Origin: an uncultured Gammaproteobacteria bacterium
GTDB lineage: Bacteria > Pseudomonadota > Gammaproteobacteria > Steroidobacterales > Steroidobacteraceae
Assembly: GCA_963819835.1 (NCBI GenBank)
Contig: CAWFXR010000004.1
Coordinates: 86,443 to 150,442, forward strand
Reading direction: 5' to 3'
Length of the DNA: 64,000 bases
Part shown: in pieces, positions 57,453-64,000 of the stretch
How the letters are laid out: each line of letters starts with the position of its first letter
How positions within the stretch are numbered: the stretch's first letter is position 1
Notes under the pieces: generated by a model
Database searches by the model: none
What the model was told of the DNA's origin: nothing
The model's input: the letters and a program-made list of their open reading frames with translations, nothing else
Translations under genes and position numbers: made by a program

Positions 57453-58708
57453 CTCCTCCCGCCGCTGCGGCCGCCCTGCGAGCGCTGACTGTAGCCGCCG
57501 GCATTTCGCGACTGCGCCGGCCTCGCGGGTCGCGCGGGGCGCGCGGCATGCGGGGCAGCGTCGCTGGTGAACTTGATCCCCGAGCGATCGAGCGGAAGCA
57601 CGTTGATCTTGCGGCCGAGCACACGCTCGATCGCGCGCAGCCGGTCGCGTTCGTCGCTCGAGACCAGTGACAGCGCGTGACCCTCGCTGCCGGCGCGACC
57701 GGTGCGCCCGATTCGGTGCACGTAGTCCTCGGGCACGTGCGGCAGCTCGTAGTTGACCACCTGCGGCAGTTCGCTGATGTCGAGACCTCGTGCTGCGATG
57801 TCCGTCGCAACCAGCACCTGCACCTTGTTGTCCTTGAAATCGGCAAGCGCCTTGGTGCGCGCGTTCTGCGACTTGTTGCCGTGGATCGCGGCGCAGTTGA
57901 TGCCGTCGCGCTCGAGTTGCTCGGCGAGCCGGTTCGCGCCGTGCTTGGTGCGCGTGAACACCAGCGTCTGCGGGGTTGCCGCCTCGCGCAGCAGGTGGCT
58001 CAGCACCGCCCGCTTCTCACCCTGCTCGACCAGGTGCACACGGTGCTCGACGAGTTCGGCCGGCGCGTTGCGCGGCGCCACTTCGACCGTGAGCGGGTCG
58101 TGCAGCAGGCCCTTCGCGAGCGTGCGGATCTCTTCGGAGAAGGTCGCGGAAAAGAGCAGGTTCTGGCGCTTTTTCGGCAGCGCGGCCAGCACGCGGCGGA
58201 TGTCGCGGATGAATCCCATGTCCAGCATGCGGTCTGCTTCGTCCAGCACCAGGTAGCGGACCCTGGTCACGTCGATCACGCGCTCTTTGATGTGATCGAG
58301 CAGGCGGCCGGGCGTGGCGACGACGATGTCCACGCCCTGGCGCAGCGCCTCGACCTGCGGTCGCGGGCTCACCCCGCCGAAGACCAGGATCGTGCGCTGG
58401 CTCAGGTGGCTGCCGTACTGCTGGAAAGCCTCGCCGACCTGGGCGGCAAGTTCGCGGGTCGGCACCAGCACCAGCAGTCGCGGTGCGCGCGATCCGCGCG
58501 GGTTCGGGTGCTCTTCGTCGAGGCGCTGCAGCAGAGGCAGTGCGAACGCAGCCGTCTTGCCGGTACCGGTCTGCGCTGCGGCAAGCAGGTCGCGGCCGCC
58601 GTGCACCGCGGGAATCGCGTTCAACTGGATCGGCGTGGGGGTCGTGTAGCCGAGTTCCTGCAAGGAACGCAGCAGCGGGGCCGGAAGGCCAAGTGATTCA
58701 AAAGACAT
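57449..58708 (-). CDS. rhlE: DEAD-box ATP-dependent RNA helicase RhlE-like
   Basis: Q motif, [15 protein letters not shown] and [10 protein letters not shown] motifs, plus a basic Arg/Gly tail. Confidence 0.9.
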   Translation of the reverse strand: MSFESLGLPAPLLRSLQELGYTTPTPIQLNAIPAVHGGRDLLAAAQTGTGKTAAFALPLLQRLDEEHPNPRGSRAPRLLVLVPTRELAAQVGEAFQQYGSHLSQRTILVFGGVSPRPQVEALRQGVDIVVATPGRLLDHIKERVIDVTRVRYLVLDEADRMLDMGFIRDIRRVLAALPKKRQNLLFSATFSEEIRTLAKGLLHDPLTVEVAPRNAPAELVEHRVHLVEQGEKRAVLSHLLREAATPQTLVFTRTKHGANRLAEQLERDGINCAAIHGNKSQNARTKALADFKDNKVQVLVATDIAARGLDISELPQVVNYELPHVPEDYVHRIGRTGRAGSEGHALSLVSSDERDRLRAIERVLGRKINVLPLDRSGIKFTSDAAPHAARPARPARPAQSRNAGGYSQRSQGGRSGGRR

Positions 58709-58754
58709 TCAAATACCATCGCGCTTCCCCCGCATGGCGGGGACCGGACGAAGC

Positions 58755-58771
58755 GTCATTGATTCAATGAC
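58755..58771. promoter_or_regulatory. Perfect 8-1-8 palindrome in the rhlE leader
   Basis: GTCATTGA-T-TCAATGAC lies 47-63 nt upstream of the rhlE start. Its core ATTGATTCAAT is identical to the katG upstream element. Confidence 0.3.
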
Positions 58772-59035
58772 AGGATCGGGGGCGCGAAAATGCAGACCAC
58801 GATGAGTCTGCAGGAGGAGCCGCGAGAGGGAGAAAGATCCTTCCCTCCGAAGAGCCTCGTGCGCAGACCGGACTGCGCGGCGGCAAACTTGCGGCGCATG
58901 TTGCCTGAAATGGCGGAGACTTGCCGGACTATCGTTTATTAATCATCCAGATCAGTGGCTTACGCCCATTGGCCAGTGGCAGCGCGGGTGTTGCAGGCAG
59001 CCGCCCGTGGCGGCCCGGTCGTCCCCGGTGGCTGC

Positions 59036-59710
59036 TCAGGTGCCGATGAGCTTCGAAAACCAGCCACCGACCTGGCTCATGATGCCCTCGGCGTTCATGC
59101 CGACTCGCAGCACGAGCCACAGCAGGACGCCGATATACACGGCGGAAATTCCTGCCACCAGGTAGCCGATCAGCAACAGCACCCCGTCGCGCTCTGCCAT
59201 GCCCAGGCACAGCAGGATGATGGCGATGCCAGGCAGCGTGTTGGCCAGCGGCACGAACGGCAGCGGCGCCATCAGCAGCAACACGGCGATCACGATCGTT
59301 ACGCCGTGAAGCGAGTTCACCAGCGCCGACCCCGTCAGCGCCAGAAGCCGCGGCTTCACCAGGTGCTCGATGCGCGCGGCTGCCCTCTGGGCCCGGCCCA
59401 GCACCTGCTGCACCGACGCGCTGGGCAACTGGTGGTCCAGCAGGCGATCGGGTATCCACGGCAATCTGCCCAGGATGACCGCTACCCCGATCAGCAGCAT
59501 CGGCAGACCCAGCGCGGTGCTCATGAATGGAAGCGAGACCGGAATCAGGAACGGCATCGCCAGGATGGCGCTGAACACCAGCAAGCCCTGCTCGCCGACG
59601 TAGCCCAGCAATTCCCGGAGCGTGACCACATGCCCACGCACGGATGCAGCCGTGGTCGCCAGTGCCTCGGACAGTCGTACTTCGGGGTTGCGGAACTGGA
59701 CTGCGGTCAT
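59036..59710 (-). CDS. ExoD-family exopolysaccharide synthesis membrane protein
   Basis: 224 aa with the typical ExoD TM pattern and a GMAERDG motif. Confidence 0.8.
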   Translation of the reverse strand: MTAVQFRNPEVRLSEALATTAASVRGHVVTLRELLGYVGEQGLLVFSAILAMPFLIPVSLPFMSTALGLPMLLIGVAVILGRLPWIPDRLLDHQLPSASVQQVLGRAQRAAARIEHLVKPRLLALTGSALVNSLHGVTIVIAVLLLMAPLPFVPLANTLPGIAIILLCLGMAERDGVLLLIGYLVAGISAVYIGVLLWLVLRVGMNAEGIMSQVGGWFSKLIGT

Positions 59711-59760
59711 CGGTGTTGCCGGCTATCATTCGGGTCGGGCGCCTGCACGTCAATCGAACC

Positions 59761-60216
59761 ATGTCCAGAATCGACCCCCACCGCCTCGATCCCTCGTACT
59801 ACCCGGTAAAGGTCGCGATCCTCGCACGCTACGCGGATGTCGATCCCCTCTGGCACATCAACAACATCGCGATCGCACAGTACTACGAAGAGGCGCGCGT
59901 CGCAGTGGGCGCGCGGATGCTGGGCGCCGTACGTATTCCGACGCCGGCCGGCGAGCGCGTTCTGATCGCGCACCAGTCCATCGACTACGTGCAGGAAGCG
60001 GGTTACCCGGGCACGCTCGAGGTCGGGGTCGGCGTACTCAGGATTGGCACGACCTCCTGGACCTACGGCATGGGCATGTTCCAGCAGGCCCGGTGCGTGA
60101 GCGTCTCGAGTGCCGTCATGGTGCTTGCAGACGACAATGGTCCGGTGCGACTGCCGGAGATCTATCGCGGGCGGCTGAAATCGTGGCTGCTTGGCGCCGG
60201 AGTCGACGGCGAGTAA
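59761..60216 (+). CDS. Hotdog-fold acyl-CoA thioesterase (4HBT/YbgC-like)
   Basis: 151 aa from an internal ATG, containing RYADVDPLWHINN. Confidence 0.7.
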   Translation: MSRIDPHRLDPSYYPVKVAILARYADVDPLWHINNIAIAQYYEEARVAVGARMLGAVRIPTPAGERVLIAHQSIDYVQEAGYPGTLEVGVGVLRIGTTSWTYGMGMFQQARCVSVSSAVMVLADDNGPVRLPEIYRGRLKSWLLGAGVDGE

Positions 60217-60253
60217 CCGGAATCGAATGCGCTGACAACCAGGGAGCATTGCC

Positions 60254-60457
60254 GTGTCGCGACTCACTGAGTTCCTGAAGGCCACGCTCGTCGGCGGGTT
60301 GCGGTTCCGGGTACCCCTGGTACTGTTCGTGCCAGCCGTGAGGATTCGGCCGCTGGGAATCGACATCCACGAAGCCATGAAACTGGTCAAGCGCATGGGC
60401 ATGGGTTCGGCCGAAGCGCTGAAGGGCGTGGACTTCGCGCCGACCCGCGAGGCTTGA
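60254..60457 (+). CDS. Small hypothetical ORF upstream of the FAD dehydrogenase gene
   Basis: 67 aa with a GTG start and high GC3. Its stop lies 3 nt before the next ATG. I do not recognise any motif. Confidence 0.3.
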   Translation: MSRLTEFLKATLVGGLRFRVPLVLFVPAVRIRPLGIDIHEAMKLVKRMGMGSAEALKGVDFAPTREA

Positions 60458-60460
60458 GCC

Positions 60461-62059
60461 ATGTTGCGCTACCAGTCAGACGTAGTGGTGATCGGGTCGG
60501 GCATCGCGGGAGTGACCGCCGCACTCGAACTCCTCGACCGCGGCCGACGCGTGCTGCTCGTCGACCGCGACATCGAGCAGAACATGGGCGGCCTGGCCAA
60601 GGAGAGCTTCGGGGGCATCTGGTTCGCCGGCACGTCGCTGCAGCGCCGCTATGGAATCCGCGACGGTGCGGAACAGGGCCTGCGCGACTGGCACGCATTT
60701 GCTGAATTCGGACCCGGAGACCGCTGGCCGCGCGCCTGGGCCGAGGCCTACGTGCAGCGCGGGAACGAGGAAGTCTTCGACTGGCTGCGTGGAGTCGGTG
60801 TGCAGTTCATGCCGATGCCACTCTGGGTCGAGCGCGGACTGTACACGCCGGGCAACTCGGTGCCACGCTGGCACATCGTGTGGGGCACCGGACACGAACT
60901 CGCGGTCGTGCTGAATCGACGGCTGCTTTCACATCCGCGCAGCAAGCTGCTCGAACTGCGGTTCGGGCATCGGGTCGAGTCACTCACCGTCACCAACGGC
61001 CGAGTGACCGGCTGCCGCGGCGAGATGGAAGGCTCAGGGCAGCAATTCGAAGCCACCGGGGAATCGGTCGTGATCACCGCCGGCGGCATCAACGGAGACC
61101 TGGCGCGCGTCAGGGCGAACTGGCACGCGGACTGGGGCCGCCCGCCGGAGACGATCCTGAATGGCTCGCACAAGTACGCGGACGGGCGACTGCACGACGC
61201 CGCATCGTCGATCGGCGCCAGCGTCACGCATCTCGACTGGCAGTGGAACTACGCGGCCGGCGTGCACCACTGGCAACCGCGCAAGCCCGAACACGGGTTG
61301 TCGCTGGTCCCGCCGAAATCCGCGCTGTGGCTCAACTGGCGCGGCGAGCGCATCGGCCCGATGCCGCTCGTGACGGGATTCGACACGCACGACCTGGTCG
61401 CACAGATCTGCAGGCAGCAGCGCGCCTATTCGTGGCAGTTGTTGAACCGCCGTATCGCGTTGAAGGAGCTCGCGATCTCGGGCGGTGAATTCAATCCGGC
61501 CTTCCGCGAAAAGAAGCGCTTGCACGTCGCGCGCGACATGCTGCAAGGCAATCGCTGGCTGTACGAGCAGGTGACGCGCAATTGCCAGGACTTCGTGGTC
61601 GCCGACACGCTGACGGAGCTGGTGGACAAGATGAACGCGCTGGTGGGCGACGGATCCGTGGACCTTGCGGCCGTCTCGGACGCAGCCACGACCTACGACT
61701 CGCGCATCGACGCGGGTCCGCGATTCCACGACGACGAGCAGTTGCGCCGGATCGAGTTCGCGCGTCGCTGGATCGGCGACCGACTGCGAACCTGCAAGTT
61801 CCAGAAGATCCTGGACCCGAAGGCAGGGCCGCTGGTCGCAATTCGCGAGTTCATCATCAGCCGCAAGAGCATGGGCGGCCTGGTTACCGATCTCGACAGC
61901 CGCGTGCTCGACGGTTCTGGCGAGCCGATACCGGGCCTGTACGCGGCCGGCGAGTCGGCCGGCTTCGGCGGCGGTGGCATGAACGGAAAGCGCGGACTCG
62001 AAGGCACGTTCCTCGGCGGATGCCTGTTCGGCGGACGAATCGCCGGACGCTCAGCCTGA
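60461..62059 (+). CDS. FAD-binding dehydrogenase (COG3573-like)
   Basis: DVVVIGSGIAGVTAA dinucleotide-binding motif and a C-terminal GLYAAGE FAD motif. Confidence 0.85.
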   Translation: MLRYQSDVVVIGSGIAGVTAALELLDRGRRVLLVDRDIEQNMGGLAKESFGGIWFAGTSLQRRYGIRDGAEQGLRDWHAFAEFGPGDRWPRAWAEAYVQRGNEEVFDWLRGVGVQFMPMPLWVERGLYTPGNSVPRWHIVWGTGHELAVVLNRRLLSHPRSKLLELRFGHRVESLTVTNGRVTGCRGEMEGSGQQFEATGESVVITAGGINGDLARVRANWHADWGRPPETILNGSHKYADGRLHDAASSIGASVTHLDWQWNYAAGVHHWQPRKPEHGLSLVPPKSALWLNWRGERIGPMPLVTGFDTHDLVAQICRQQRAYSWQLLNRRIALKELAISGGEFNPAFREKKRLHVARDMLQGNRWLYEQVTRNCQDFVVADTLTELVDKMNALVGDGSVDLAAVSDAATTYDSRIDAGPRFHDDEQLRRIEFARRWIGDRLRTCKFQKILDPKAGPLVAIREFIISRKSMGGLVTDLDSRVLDGSGEPIPGLYAAGESAGFGGGGMNGKRGLEGTFLGGCLFGGRIAGRSA

Positions 62060-62073
62060 ACGGAAACGACCTG

Positions 62074-62679
62074 TCACCCCAGCGCTGAGAACTTGTCGGC
62101 AACCCGCCCCGACATCTTCTTCACCTTGAAGCCGAAGAAGACCTTCAGTGCACCGACAACGACCGCCCAGCACGCGATCATGTAGACGATCGAGACGCCG
62201 CCCGCGAGCGGATTCCTGAACACCAGCACGCCGAACAGCACCGAGAGACCTCCCGCCGCATACAGGATCCACTCGCGGCTCGTTGCCTTGCGAACCTTGT
62301 AGCCCATGATCAGCAGGAAGACTCCAAGCAGGATCGCCTGGATCGCAACCAGGTAGATCAGCGCCATCATGCTCACCGGCGGATTGAGGAGTGCGTACCC
62401 GCCGACCGCGAGCCCGAGGATGCCCATCAGCAGCATCACCCACCAGCCGTCCTTCTCCCGGTGCTGTACTGCGCCCAGGGCGTTGAACGCCCCGTCCACC
62501 AGGATGGAGGCCGCGAAGAACATCGCCAGCACGAACAACGCGATCCCCGGTCTCGCGAAGGCGAGTAAACCGAAAATCAGGCTGGCAATGCCGCCGACCA
62601 CGAAGACCCACCACGTGCGCCGGCACAGAACCTGGGCACTGGCACCAAGGCTACTCATCATCGCGTCGCGACCAGCCAT
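62074..62679 (-). CDS. HdeD/DUF308-family membrane protein
   Basis: Six TM helices with the repeated G..L..GI..L..G pattern. Confidence 0.75.
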   Translation of the reverse strand: MAGRDAMMSSLGASAQVLCRRTWWVFVVGGIASLIFGLLAFARPGIALFVLAMFFAASILVDGAFNALGAVQHREKDGWWVMLLMGILGLAVGGYALLNPPVSMMALIYLVAIQAILLGVFLLIMGYKVRKATSREWILYAAGGLSVLFGVLVFRNPLAGGVSIVYMIACWAVVVGALKVFFGFKVKKMSGRVADKFSALG

Positions 62680-62709
62680 GTCTTACTCCCGGGCGCACGA
62701 TCACGCCGT

Positions 62710-63477
62710 ATGATTGGTGTTCCCATTCGGTTACGGGACTTTATCGGCTTGTCACCTGCGATTCCAGAAGACTCGGCAGCCCCGGGCGGGCCGGAGGCCC
62801 CGGTGCTGCACCGCCGGGGCATAAAGAGCTTCGTGGCGCGCGCCGGCCGCATGACCACCGCGCAGGAACGGGCCTGGCACGAATTGTGGCCCCGATACGG
62901 TGTCGAGGACCAGGTTGGTCGGCTCGACCCGCGCAGGCTGTTCGGCCGCGAGGCGCCGCTTACGCTCGAGATCGGCTTCGGCAACGGCGAATCGCTGCTA
63001 GCGCTCGCGGCTGCGCAGCCGGAGGCGGATTTTCTCGGCATCGAGGTGCACCGACCCGGTGTTGGACACCTGATGCTGCGCGCCGAGGCGCTGGGACTCA
63101 CCAACCTGCGCGTCGCCTGCCGCGACGCGGTGGAGGTGCTCGACCAGCAGGTTGGCGACGCCGCGCTGGACGCCGTCCTGCTCTACTTCCCTGATCCGTG
63201 GCCGAAAAAGCGGCACCACAAGCGACGCATCGTGCAGCCGGCTTTCGTCGGCCTGGTGGCCCGTAAACTGAAGCCAGGCGGCCGGTTCCGGCTTGCCACA
63301 GACTGGCAGAACTACGCGGAGCAGATGCTCGAGGTGGCCGGCGCGTGCACCGCGCTGGAGAACGAGTTCGGCGCGGGCTACGCGCCGCGACCGGACAGCC
63401 GGCCGCTTACGCGGTTCGAGAACCGGGGACAACGCCTGGGCCACGTCGTCTGGGACCTGTCATTCAGGAAGCCATAG
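62710..63477 (+). CDS. trmB: tRNA (guanine46-N7)-methyltransferase
   Basis: Motifs EIGFGNGE, LGIEVH and FPDPWPKKRHHKRR. Confidence 0.9.
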   Translation: MIGVPIRLRDFIGLSPAIPEDSAAPGGPEAPVLHRRGIKSFVARAGRMTTAQERAWHELWPRYGVEDQVGRLDPRRLFGREAPLTLEIGFGNGESLLALAAAQPEADFLGIEVHRPGVGHLMLRAEALGLTNLRVACRDAVEVLDQQVGDAALDAVLLYFPDPWPKKRHHKRRIVQPAFVGLVARKLKPGGRFRLATDWQNYAEQMLEVAGACTALENEFGAGYAPRPDSRPLTRFENRGQRLGHVVWDLSFRKP

Positions 63478-64000
63478 CGCCCCGGATACCGTCGAGGACG
63501 AACTGCGAGGCGAGTGCCGCGAGCAGCACACCGAGAATGCGGCCGAGCACGGCGCCGCCGGCCACGCCGATCACCCGCATCACCGGGCCGGTCATCAGCA
63601 TCAATGCGAGCGTGATCGCGAGCACCAGCACGATGACGCCCACCTGGGCGAAGAACCGCAGCGACCCGGGCGACACGCCGGCGAACGCGAGCAGGATGGT
63701 CGCAATGGCGCCAGGCCCCGCGATCAACGGGAACGCGAGCGGAAACACTGAGATGTCGCCACGGTGGTGGGCCTCGGCATCCTCGCCGGGTGTGATCGAC
63801 CGCACGCCGGAAGGCCTTGCGAACACCATTTCGATCGCGAGCAGGAACAGCAGGATGCCGCCGCCCACCTTGAACGCGTCGACGCTGATACCGAGTACCG
63901 TCAGCAACGTCGTGCCGGCTGCCGCGAACACCAGGCAGACGATGCTGGAGATGCCGACCGCCTTGAGCGACATGCGCCGACGGAAGCGGTCGTCGGCCCC
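63464..64000 (-). CDS. MarC-family (UPF0056) membrane protein; N-terminus probably beyond the right edge
   Basis: PLAFPLIAGPGAI motif. The reading frame stays open to position 64000. Confidence 0.75.
   Translation of the reverse strand, partial: GADDRFRRRMSLKAVGISSIVCLVFAAAGTTLLTVLGISVDAFKVGGGILLFLLAIEMVFARPSGVRSITPGEDAEAHHRGDISVFPLAFPLIAGPGAIATILLAFAGVSPGSLRFFAQVGVIVLVLAITLALMLMTGPVMRVIGVAGGAVLGRILGVLLAALASQFVLDGIRGAMAS

Overview
High-GC (about two thirds G+C by eye) proteobacterial chromosomal segment with dense coding on both strands. There are three zones. (1) 1-36.7 kb is mostly core genes: a CorA-like transporter, sodB, an ABC-F ATPase and an SLC13 permease. It also holds a predicted copper-type TonB receptor with a DUF2946-like partner. 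A 9.3 kb co-directional array carries two paralogous sets of circularly permuted ATP-grasp / alpha-E / transglutaminase genes. A lipoprotein-rich DUF1254-1214 / DUF3604 / PpiC / HupE block and a general-stress cluster (PRC-barrel, BON, CsbD) complete the zone. (2) 36.7-48 kb is a decayed accessory zone next to tRNA-Gly(CCC). It holds gene remnants, an Xre-RES toxin-antitoxin pair, and higBA abutted by an intact IS30-family element. Two extra partial copies of the tRNA-Gly 3' end bracket single-gene islets, and no integrase is present. (3) 48-64 kb is core again: a signal-peptide-bearing katG with two internal in-frame gaps, a divergent Pat acetyltransferase / HDAC-type deacetylase pair, a K+ channel, rhlE, trmB and others. 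At least 11 frame disruptions break otherwise conserved genes, several at G/C homopolymers. Five of them lie in the upstream half of the ATP-grasp/transglutaminase array. They could be sequencing indels or real decay; the sequence alone cannot decide. No CRISPR array and no rRNA were seen. The most interesting items are the double ATP-grasp/alpha-E/transglutaminase array and the tRNA-Gly repeat architecture.
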